Part shown: positions 55,722-64,000 of the stretch, piece by piece
How positions within the stretch are numbered: position 1 is the first letter of the stretch
Layout of the letters: each line of letters opens with the position of its first letter
Assembly: GCA_037917675.1 (NCBI GenBank)
Contig: JAVCBW010000013.1
Span: 1 to 64,000 of the forward strand
Source: Thermoproteota archaeon
Lineage (GTDB): Archaea > Korarchaeota > Korarchaeia > B14-G2
DNA: 64,000 nt
Direction of reading: 5' to 3'
Notes under the pieces: generated by a model
What the model was told of the DNA's origin: nothing
Seen by the model: only the letters and a program-made list of their open reading frames with translations
The model's database searches: none
Program-made: the position numbers and the translations under genes

Positions 55722-57001
55722 GCGGGAACCCCTATGCTATAGCTGAGATCAAGGCTAGGTGGATCCTAGACTCTCGAGGGAATCCTACTGTAGAAGCCGA
55801 AGCCATATTGGAGTGTGGTGCCAGGGGTATAGCTGCTGCTCCAAGTGGAGCCTCACGTGGAGAGCATGAAGCACTTGAGATAAGAGATGGTGTCAGGTCA
55901 GAGTTCCATGGTAAAGGAGTTAAGAAAGCTATCAGAAACATAGAGGAGGTCATAGCTCCAGCTCTAATTGGATTAGACTCTAGGGATCAAAGAGGAATAG
56001 ATCAAGTCATCACAGACCTAGATGGAACCCAGCAGAAGGCGAGACTCGGTGCGAATGCCTGCCTGCCAGTATCTCTAGCTGTAGCGAAGGCTGCTGCAGC
56101 AGCCAAAGGCGCCCCCTTATACATGCACTTAAGAGAGGCCTATGGAATAGAAAGAAGGCTTATCATGCCAATCCCCCTATCTAACATGATAAACGGTGGA
56201 AAGCATGGGGCAGGCATAGACATACAGGAGTTTCTAGTAATTCCTGTAGGGGCCGAGTCTTTCACTAAAGCCATCCAAGCTCTATCAGAGATATACCATG
56301 CTCTTGGAGACCTCATATCTAGGAGAGGGCACCCTCGAGCTGTAGGCGACGAAGGTGGATACACCTGCATAGAGATGAAGACTGAGGAAGCTCTCGACCT
56401 CCTATCATCTGCAATAGAGGAGTCAGGGTATTCTCTTGGAACCGAAATAACGCTAGGATTAGACTGTGCAGCAACTCATCTATATGCTAATGGAGTCTAC
56501 CACATAGATGGTAAGGTACTAGACAACCTCTCTCTCATGGAGTGGTATATCGAGCTGGTTAGCAAATACCCCATAACTTCTATAGAGGATCCATTCCACG
56601 AAGATGACTGGGCTGCCACAGCCTCGCTCACAGCAAAAATAGGAGACAGAGTCCAGGTTGTTGGAGACGACATCTTCGCATCACAGCCATCTAGGCTGCT
56701 AGCTGGCGCCAAGCAGGGTGTATGTAATGCTATACTCTTAAAGCCAAATCAGGTCGGCACTCTCAGCGAGGCCATAGAGACCGCAGATACTGCATTCAAC
56801 CTAAGATACTCCGTCATAGTAAGCCATAGAAGCGGGGAAACAGAGGACACTTTCATAGCAGACTTAGCTGTAGCCCTAGGATGTGGGCAGATAAAGACAG
56901 GAGCTCCAGCAAGAGGCGAGAGAACTGCAAAGTACAACAGGCTGCTCAGGATAAGTGAGCAGGAGATCATGGAATACCCCGGAAGCCTTAGAGTAGCTTA
57001 G
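55718..57001 (+). CDS. eno: Enolase
   Basis: DSRGNPTVE, PSGAS, VGDEGG, SIEDP, SHRSGETED, KTGAPARGER. Confidence 0.96.
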   Translation: MSGNPYAIAEIKARWILDSRGNPTVEAEAILECGARGIAAAPSGASRGEHEALEIRDGVRSEFHGKGVKKAIRNIEEVIAPALIGLDSRDQRGIDQVITDLDGTQQKARLGANACLPVSLAVAKAAAAAKGAPLYMHLREAYGIERRLIMPIPLSNMINGGKHGAGIDIQEFLVIPVGAESFTKAIQALSEIYHALGDLISRRGHPRAVGDEGGYTCIEMKTEEALDLLSSAIEESGYSLGTEITLGLDCAATHLYANGVYHIDGKVLDNLSLMEWYIELVSKYPITSIEDPFHEDDWAATASLTAKIGDRVQVVGDDIFASQPSRLLAGAKQGVCNAILLKPNQVGTLSEAIETADTAFNLRYSVIVSHRSGETEDTFIADLAVALGCGQIKTGAPARGERTAKYNRLLRISEQEIMEYPGSLRVA

Positions 57002-57057
57002 ATGGCCTCTCCCATCTCCCTACATGCTTAAAATAACGTATGTACATGGGTTAGAGG

Positions 57058-60000
57058 GTGCCCTTGGATCAGGAAGTCGCCATATTCATTGAGAGTGTTA
57101 AGCAGAAGGATTTAGCTATCATGACACATGACATGTTCACGATTACCACATTAGCTGGTAAGGGGTTTAAGCTTCCTCATGCCTTCATCATAACAGATGT
57201 CGCATTCAAGCTGTTTCTCAAGGCCTCTGGGCTGTTAAAGCAATTCAATAACTTGGTTTCTAAGGCTGCTGATGGCATGGACTTCGATGCTGAGCTAAAA
57301 GAGTTTTCAGAGAACCTCCTAAAATCAGAGATCCCCAGAGAGGTAGCTGAAGCCCTAAGAGAGGCTTACACTAAGCTTGGAAGCAGGTCAGGCTCCTTCC
57401 CACCTGCTACCTTTCTATATGCTTCAGTCTCAGTAGAGGGCTCTAGCATAACCCTAGGCTCTAGCAGATGGGCTGAGAAAATAGTGGTGAGCCCTGATGC
57501 TCTTCTAGAGGAAGTCAGAAAGATGTGGTCTAGAGTAGTATCTCAGGCAGTGATAGCTGAGCTAGCTAAGTCCAGTGGCACAGTAGATAAGTTTAAAGTC
57601 TCCATTTTTGCAGCCTGCATACCACCAGTCAAGGCGTCTGGGAGGTCAGAAGTCACTGACAACCAGATACTAGTCCAGTCGACACTAGGCCTCTATATGC
57701 CCATCCTAGACTTCATATCATTCGATGAGTTCATCATAGACAAGTCTTCTATGGTAGTTCTTGAGGAAAAGCTCTCACCAAAGGAGAAAGCTCTCACCAT
57801 CTATGGTGGTGTGCCAAGAGTGGAGAGTGTCCTCTCCACCCTGATCAATAGGCCCAGCCTGACGCCTGAAGAGGCTATTGAAGCTGCTAACCTAGCATTA
57901 AGGTTAAGCGAGCTAGTTGGTAAGCCTGTATCTGTGGTATGGCTTCTCTCTGAGAGGCCGAAAGCACTATATGTACTTGCATATGAGGAGGTAGCCATGG
58001 GACATGAGATATTTGTGATCCCATTTGAGAAGCTCAGAAAGGAGGATTCTCGGTTAGCCGGTGGGAAGAACGCTAACCTAGGTGAGCTGGCTGCAGCTGG
58101 CTTTCCTGTTCCACCAGGCTTTGCTATAACATCCAAGGCTTACGAGTACTTCTTAGAGAAGTCTAGTGTAAAAGAGAGGATAGCAAAGATGCTCGAGGAG
58201 ACGCCTAGAGGAGCCGCTGCTCCTGAGGCATATCAGGAGGCATCTAAGAGGATAAGAGAAGTGGTAGAGGCTGCTGAAGTGCCTCCGGAGCTGAGGGATG
58301 CAATAGTCTTAGCCTACAGAGAGCTATGTAGGAGGCTTGGTAGGGAAGTCTATGTAGCCGTGAGGTCTTCTGCTACAGCAGAGGACTTGAGTACAGCTAG
58401 CTTCGCAGGGCAGCAGGAGACTTATCTCAACATCAGAGGGGAGGAAGAGCTGATAAGAGCTGTGAAGAAATGCTGGTCAAGCCTGTTTACAGCCAGAGCC
58501 ATATTTTACAGAGAACAAAAGGGTTTTCCTCACGAGCAAGTTCTCATGGGAGTTGGAGTCCAGGAGATGGTCGATGCCAAGTCAGCTGGAGTCATGTTTA
58601 CAATAGATCCTGTAACAGGTGACCCAACGAAGCTTGTCATAGAATCAAGCTGGGGGCTAGGCGAGTCTGTGGTGTCAGGTGAAGTAACTCCTGACTACTT
58701 TGTAGTGGACAAGAAAACCCTAAAGATACTCGAAAGAAAGACCTCCAGAAAGGAAAAGCAGAGAATAAGAGATCCAGAGACAGGCAGGACAGTTACTGTC
58801 GAGGTTCCAGACGAGAAGAAGGAGGCGCCTTCACTAACTGACGATGAAGTCAGAGAGCTAGCCCAGCTAGGCATCAAGATAGAGAAGCACTATGGGCAGC
58901 CACAGGATATCGAGTGGGCTATAGACAGGAACCGCCCATTTCCTCATAATGTAATGATACTGCAAGCCCGTCCAGAGACTGTGTGGAGCGCTAAGCGTTT
59001 AGAGGAAGCTGAAAAGCCTCCAGAGAAGCCAGCTATAGAAGGCAGAGTAGTCGTGGTCAAGGGGCTTCCAGCATCTCCAGGAGTGCATACTGGAAGAGCT
59101 AAGGTAGCGCTTACAGTAGAGGAAGCCAGCAAAATAGTATCTAAAGGAGATATTCTCGTTACTAAAATGACCAATCCAGACTGGGTTCCATACATGAGGT
59201 TGGCTGGAGCCATAGTCACAGACGAGGGAGGCATGACATGTCATGCTGCCATAGTCAGCAGAGAGCTTGGAATCCCATGCATAGTAGGCGCTGGTGACGC
59301 TACTCAGCTCCTAAAGACAGGGGAAGTCTATACAGTCGATGCATCAGCTGGCGTAGTATATGAGGGGGTAGTAGAGGAGGTTCTTGAGAAGCCTTCAGAA
59401 GAAGTAGCTCTACCACGGCTGCCAGCGGAAGCAGCTCCCATAACTGGAACCAAGATATACATGAACCTAGGAGCACCAGACATGATAGACAAGTACAAGA
59501 ACCTACCATTTGATGGAATAGGCCTCATGAGAATAGAGTTCATCCTAGCATCCTACATAGGAGATCACCCGAACTACCTGATTGAAATAGGTCATCCTGA
59601 GAAGTTTGTAGACAAGCTTGCTGACGGAATAACTAGGGTAGCTAGAGCAATATATCCCAGGCCTGTTGTAGTAAGGTTCTCAGACTTCAAGACAAACGAG
59701 TATCGGCAGTTGAAGGGTGGTGAGAAGTATGAGCCAGAGGAGAGCAACCCTATGCTAGGCTGGCGTGGAGCTTCAAGATATATCTCTCCAGGATACGAGA
59801 AGGCATTTAGGCTAGAATGCAAGGCTATAAGGAAGGTTAGAGAGGAATATGGCCTTAAGAATGTCTGGGTAATGATTCCCTTCGTTAGGACAGTATGGGA
59901 GCTACAGAAGTGCCTTGAGATTATGGCAGAGGAGGGCCTGAGAAGAGGAAGAGACTTCAAAATATGGATCATGGCTGAAGTCCCGAGCATAATAATTCTA

Positions 60001-60396
60001 GCAGACGAGTTCAGCAAGTATGTAGATGGCTTCAGCATAGGCTCTAATGACCTAACTCAGCTTATCCTAGGTGTGGATAGAGACTCCCAGATCTTACCTG
60101 AGATAGACTCCAGGTACTTTGATGAACGTGATCCAGCTGTCAAGAGAGCAATCCACCACCTCATTGAGGTAGCTCACGAAAATGGCGTGACGGTCTCGAT
60201 ATGCGGCCAGGCTCCCTCAGTATACCCAGACTTTGTAGAGTTCCTCGTCCGCTGTGGGATAGATAGCATAAGCGTCAACCCAGATGCTGTAATAGATACA
60301 AGGAGGCTTGTTGCTAGCATAGAGCAGAGGATACTCCTAGAGCAGGCAGTCAACTCAGCAAAGAGTAGAGCTAGACTGTTCAAAAAGCCCGCTTAG
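57058..60396 (+). CDS. ppsA: Phosphoenolpyruvate synthase with a 313-aa N-terminal extension
   Basis: GGKNANLGEL, VRSSATAED, QARPET, TCHAAIVSRELG, EVPS, SIGSNDLTQ, ICGQAP; canonical part starts at Met314 (57997). Confidence 0.93.
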   Translation: MPLDQEVAIFIESVKQKDLAIMTHDMFTITTLAGKGFKLPHAFIITDVAFKLFLKASGLLKQFNNLVSKAADGMDFDAELKEFSENLLKSEIPREVAEALREAYTKLGSRSGSFPPATFLYASVSVEGSSITLGSSRWAEKIVVSPDALLEEVRKMWSRVVSQAVIAELAKSSGTVDKFKVSIFAACIPPVKASGRSEVTDNQILVQSTLGLYMPILDFISFDEFIIDKSSMVVLEEKLSPKEKALTIYGGVPRVESVLSTLINRPSLTPEEAIEAANLALRLSELVGKPVSVVWLLSERPKALYVLAYEEVAMGHEIFVIPFEKLRKEDSRLAGGKNANLGELAAAGFPVPPGFAITSKAYEYFLEKSSVKERIAKMLEETPRGAAAPEAYQEASKRIREVVEAAEVPPELRDAIVLAYRELCRRLGREVYVAVRSSATAEDLSTASFAGQQETYLNIRGEEELIRAVKKCWSSLFTARAIFYREQKGFPHEQVLMGVGVQEMVDAKSAGVMFTIDPVTGDPTKLVIESSWGLGESVVSGEVTPDYFVVDKKTLKILERKTSRKEKQRIRDPETGRTVTVEVPDEKKEAPSLTDDEVRELAQLGIKIEKHYGQPQDIEWAIDRNRPFPHNVMILQARPETVWSAKRLEEAEKPPEKPAIEGRVVVVKGLPASPGVHTGRAKVALTVEEASKIVSKGDILVTKMTNPDWVPYMRLAGAIVTDEGGMTCHAAIVSRELGIPCIVGAGDATQLLKTGEVYTVDASAGVVYEGVVEEVLEKPSEEVALPRLPAEAAPITGTKIYMNLGAPDMIDKYKNLPFDGIGLMRIEFILASYIGDHPNYLIEIGHPEKFVDKLADGITRVARAIYPRPVVVRFSDFKTNEYRQLKGGEKYEPEESNPMLGWRGASRYISPGYEKAFRLECKAIRKVREEYGLKNVWVMIPFVRTVWELQKCLEIMAEEGLRRGRDFKIWIMAEVPSIIILADEFSKYVDGFSIGSNDLTQLILGVDRDSQILPEIDSRYFDERDPAVKRAIHHLIEVAHENGVTVSICGQAPSVYPDFVEFLVRCGIDSISVNPDAVIDTRRLVASIEQRILLEQAVNSAKSRARLFKKPA

Positions 60397-61017
60397 CTCT
60401 CTCACAATACAGATGGCTGCATTCAAGACAGCTAACGTCACCGAAGCAGCCTCCTCTCCCATCCCAATGAGGACCATATCTCCTTCTTCTGGCTGAAGCG
60501 TCTCCTCGATCTCAGAATAGAGGCTAGGATACTTCTCACTGACACTCGTGTTCCCCGGTGGAATATACAGGTCAGCTGACCCCTTAAAGAGAAGAACTGC
60601 CCCCTCTCCACCAAACCTGATGACATCATCCCTAACCTTGAGCACATTTACGTCTTCAAGTTTAACGTCGCGTATCAGAAGAGCAACATTCACTCTCCTG
60701 AGTGTAAGGCTGTCTCCCGTCCTAAGCAGTATGGGCTTTGAGATTCTAGATTTGATGAAGCTCACTATGCTCCTCCCCAAGCTGCTTAGCTTGACCCCCG
60801 CCTTGCTTACCTGGATAACTCCTAAGGAGCTAAGCTTACCGAGTATAGTCCGTGTAGTCCCCTCCCCGAGCGACATACTCTGACATAGTACTCTCCTCCC
60901 AGCTATCTTCATATCCTCTAGAGCAAATAGCAGTAGGATAATGTGTCCTACTGTGACTCCCGTCTTCTTGAGTGACTTTAAGGCTCTGTTAAGCATCTTC
61001 AGCTCGCTCTCTGACAT
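60355..61017 (-). CDS. DUF4443/DUF2111-like winged-HTH protein
   Basis: GRRVLCQSMSLGEGTTRTILGKL..GV; RDDVIRFGGEGA; convergent with ppsA. Confidence 0.7.
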   Translation of the reverse strand: MSESELKMLNRALKSLKKTGVTVGHIILLLFALEDMKIAGRRVLCQSMSLGEGTTRTILGKLSSLGVIQVSKAGVKLSSLGRSIVSFIKSRISKPILLRTGDSLTLRRVNVALLIRDVKLEDVNVLKVRDDVIRFGGEGAVLLFKGSADLYIPPGNTSVSEKYPSLYSEIEETLQPEEGDMVLIGMGEEAASVTLAVLNAAICIVRELSGLFEQSSSTLC

Positions 61018-61019
61018 CC

Positions 61020-63113
61020 CTAACCCCTAGGTAACAGCTTAACTCGCCTGCATATCTTGGTAGGTAAGTTAAGCTGTATATACATGCCTGCTATCCACAG
61101 CTTTAGCTGATCTACATAGTTTGGGCTAAGCCAGTGCCCTCCCTCACCACTGTATAAGATACCTAACACTCTATTGGGTAGCTTAGCGAATGCTGCTGCA
61201 AGCCCTCTCCTGACCCTAAGGTTCTCCTCAATATCTATTACGCAGGCTCCTCCAGAGAAAATCCATTTATGGATTCCTCTAGCTGCTGCCTCTCCTACCT
61301 TTGCAAAGGGGTCTCCTAGAGCTGAGCCTATATGTCTAAAGCACACTGTAGCTTCCTGCTTTCTCATGGTGACAGCTTCCCTAACAGCCTTCACTATGAT
61401 GTCGCTCGGAGGAGCTTTTACAACCTCACTTATCCACAGGTCTCCATGCCTAAGCATGTGGATTAGTCTAGCTAAAGCCCACTGTCTAAAATATACGTAT
61501 GGATGATATAGATCTCCAAGCTTGCTGAATACTTCTCTAAGCAACACGCTTTCAAAGGCATAGATGGTATAGGGGTCAGTTAGCCTTTCAGGTATAGCAG
61601 CTAGCGTCTCAGCTGTCTCAAGCAGAGCTTCAGCAAAGGGATCATACCCACCCATTATGGCATCAATGCATGTGTCTCCTGCAATACGCTTACTCCAGTT
61701 CACGTAGTATGCTACCTCATCTTTACATGCCTGATGGAGAATCGGGTATATGGCCACGATTCCACCTGTAGCCTGTAGCATCGTCTTCAGCTTATCAGCT
61801 GATACAGCCTCCTTCCAAGCGTACTCCAGGTCAAACAGCGGCTTAACAGCGTTTGGAGCGTTTACATCAGGATAGGAGCCAAGTATCGCTAGGCTACAGC
61901 AGTTGCTGTCAGCAAGCACTATAGCCACAGGTGGAGCATTAAGGACAGCTGTATCGACTCTCCCTCTTATAATAGCCTCAAGCAGCGCATAAAGCAGATC
62001 CCAACTTACCTTAGTGCTCTTGAATGAGAAGTAGCTGCCATATACCTCAGCTAACCTTACTCCTAAGGCTTCATATGTCGGCTTCTCAACAAACCCACTT
62101 GGGGTTCTTATCCTTAGTAATCTGAGCTTAAGAGGATACCATCTACCTCCCTTAAAGATATGTGTCCTATTAGCGATAGCAATATAGACGTCAACAGAGT
62201 CTGTAGCCAAGCTAATCAGAGCTCCTGCACGTTCTCCTGCTGACCATGCTATTGGCAGTGGGACACCTGGGATAAACAGCCCATAAACAGTAATCTCACC
62301 GACTTCGATCACAGCGAAGTAATATGGTGCAGGAGCTTTCTCGATACCTGACATGTAGCTACACCATAGGAACCCTGGTGAAGCTACTGCGAACCCAGAT
62401 AAGGAGGGGAGCCCAATCTCCTCTAGCTTCTTCTCTATACGCCATAGGGCTAAGGCAGCGCTCGTCAAGGGCTTTTCGCTTTCCAGAACTGCATCATCTA
62501 GACTATAGCCCGCTGGAAGGAGTCCCATAGCATACTGCCCATATCTAGCATATATTGCGCTCCAAGTCAGCTCCATTACTGCCTTAGCAACTGGATTCGC
62601 TAGTGCAAGCCCAAGAATCCCAAGGCTGTCTTTCATACTCCACTTAAGGCGGCATCTGGAGAGAGGCCCTATGGATGCTTTAGTTGAGCTCTCAATGTAG
62701 GCATTCACTCCCCTCGAGTATGCTGAAAACAGCTGAGAGAGCTCTACCGGAATATTCTCGTCTTCAGTAAAGCACATGTGCTGAATTAAGTAATCTACCT
62801 CTACGTACTCTGCTCCAAGAAGCTCTGAGAGGCATCCCGATGCAGCTCTACGCAGCAGATCCATTTGAAGAAGCCTATCTGATGCCATAGCATATCCTAG
62901 TGCAAAGAAGGCATCAGATAAGCTCTCTGCTCTTATGTACGGGATACCCCACCTACTGTACTCTATGCATACAGCTCCAGCTAGCCCACGCACTCTGGTG
63001 GCTTTTTCCCTATAGGGTAGCTCCATACCACCTGAGATCATGTTGACGGCTAGTAAAATGAGCATTATTCCAGCTAGAGATGCCGTTTTGCCTGCTATCC
63101 TAGCACCCCTCAT
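61020..63113 (-). CDS. Penicillin acylase family (Ntn-hydrolase) homologue, degenerate
   Basis: N-terminal TM; WGIPYIRA..DAFFALGYAMASDRLLQMDLLRR..G.LSELLG; C-terminal GEGGHWLSPNYVDQL. Confidence 0.75.
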   Translation of the reverse strand: MRGARIAGKTASLAGIMLILLAVNMISGGMELPYREKATRVRGLAGAVCIEYSRWGIPYIRAESLSDAFFALGYAMASDRLLQMDLLRRAASGCLSELLGAEYVEVDYLIQHMCFTEDENIPVELSQLFSAYSRGVNAYIESSTKASIGPLSRCRLKWSMKDSLGILGLALANPVAKAVMELTWSAIYARYGQYAMGLLPAGYSLDDAVLESEKPLTSAALALWRIEKKLEEIGLPSLSGFAVASPGFLWCSYMSGIEKAPAPYYFAVIEVGEITVYGLFIPGVPLPIAWSAGERAGALISLATDSVDVYIAIANRTHIFKGGRWYPLKLRLLRIRTPSGFVEKPTYEALGVRLAEVYGSYFSFKSTKVSWDLLYALLEAIIRGRVDTAVLNAPPVAIVLADSNCCSLAILGSYPDVNAPNAVKPLFDLEYAWKEAVSADKLKTMLQATGGIVAIYPILHQACKDEVAYYVNWSKRIAGDTCIDAIMGGYDPFAEALLETAETLAAIPERLTDPYTIYAFESVLLREVFSKLGDLYHPYVYFRQWALARLIHMLRHGDLWISEVVKAPPSDIIVKAVREAVTMRKQEATVCFRHIGSALGDPFAKVGEAAARGIHKWIFSGGACVIDIEENLRVRRGLAAAFAKLPNRVLGILYSGEGGHWLSPNYVDQLKLWIAGMYIQLNLPTKICRRVKLLPRG

Positions 63114-63165
63114 ACAAGCCGCCAGCTTTTAATCAGCTAGAACCTTAAGCATTAGGGGTTATTTA

Positions 63166-63996
63166 ATGTCTACAACAGAAGCCCTAAAGCTGCTTGATAA
63201 GCTGACACTAGAAGCAATGCACCATCTCAGTAAGCTCCTTAAGAGCAGGAGCTCATATAAGGTAGTAGGCAGCGGTGCAAGTGGAGATAAGACTCTTGCA
63301 TTCGATAAGGCAATTGAGGAGAAGATACTTCATGAGATAATCAGCAAGTACCCTGATGCTACAGTGATAAGCGAGGAAGCTGGTATCATAGGAAGCGGGA
63401 GCCCACCTTTCTTCATAGTAGACCCTGTAGACGGGTCTGCAAATGCCGAGAGGGGAGTTCCCTTCTATGCATGCTCTATAGCAGTCTCCCACTCAAGGAG
63501 TCTTAGTGGAGTGCAGCTTGCTGTCGTGAGAGACCTTACACGAGGTACCCTCTATCATGCTATAGCTGGGCTCGGAGCATATAGGGATGGAGCTAGGATA
63601 TCCACCAGAAGCCATGGAGGCAGCTCCCTATATTTCTCAGTCTACCTGGTAGGCAGGAGGAGCAGGTATGCTCGCATGCTAAACCCACAGGCTTCAGCTT
63701 CAATAAGATCTTTTGGATCGATAGCGCTGGAGCTAGCTATGCTGGCTGAGGGGAAGATAGACGTAGTCGCAGACCTGAGAGGAGTAGCTAGGCCTGTGGA
63801 CATAGCTGCTGGCGCCCTGATAGTCAAGGAAGCTGGAGGTATTGTAGTAGATGTTCGAGGTCACATGCTGGATGCCCCCTTAGACCCAAGGTACAAGCTT
63901 TCCTTCATTGCAGCTAAAGACAAGGTTTACCTCAGGAAGCTGAAGAAGGTGCTTGGAGTACAATCTCTACCTGACTATGTCACTTGCCTTACATAG
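63166..63996 (+). CDS. Inositol monophosphatase / FBPase (archaeal type)
   Basis: GASGDKT..FD, ISEE, VDPVDGS, GSIALE, DIAAG. Confidence 0.9.
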   Translation: MSTTEALKLLDKLTLEAMHHLSKLLKSRSSYKVVGSGASGDKTLAFDKAIEEKILHEIISKYPDATVISEEAGIIGSGSPPFFIVDPVDGSANAERGVPFYACSIAVSHSRSLSGVQLAVVRDLTRGTLYHAIAGLGAYRDGARISTRSHGGSSLYFSVYLVGRRSRYARMLNPQASASIRSFGSIALELAMLAEGKIDVVADLRGVARPVDIAAGALIVKEAGGIVVDVRGHMLDAPLDPRYKLSFIAAKDKVYLRKLKKVLGVQSLPDYVTCLT

Positions 63997-64000
63997 AGAG

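Noticed and set aside
1-64000. CRISPR arrays, transposases, integrases, rRNA
   Set aside because: No spaced repeats, recombinase or transposase motifs, or rRNA-like sequence recognised.

Overview
Gene-dense archaeal chromosomal segment. GatDE, an intron-containing tRNA, a C/D sRNA, GGTG/GAGG ribosome-binding sites and DUF1512 point to an anaerobic, probably thermophilic TACK/Thermoproteota lineage (inference). The core is a C1/energy cluster: ftr, fwdC, fwdDBA, a short FwdF-like ferredoxin, two hdrBC pairs flanking an hdrA-mvhD fusion, mer and cofE. Around it are translation genes (valS, ileS, metG, serS, gatDE, truA, trm5, tRNA-Cys), Moco/Wco genes (moaB, two moeA), lipid genes (GGR, mvk-like) and central carbon genes (eno, ppsA, prs, IMPase). 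No mobile element or CRISPR array was seen. Most notable: (i) a second hdrA at the left edge shares at least 563 bp of perfect identity, in inverted orientation, with the hdrA 28 kb away, and the two moeA paralogues share a 53-bp identical patch, suggesting gene conversion and a potentially invertible segment; (ii) a coupled pair of very divergent CdhD/CdhE (corrinoid Fe-S protein) barrel-only homologues; (iii) an arginine-synthetase-like gene coupled to a nitrilase; (iv) several intact ORFs lacking catalytic residues (ThrC-HTH, mvk-like, ParA-like, penicillin-acylase-like, extra PpsA domain); (v) features missed by the ORF track: a C/D sRNA with mutually complementary guides, a frameshifted HTH gene and a 48-aa ORF. 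All family assignments come from motif recognition by eye, not database searches.
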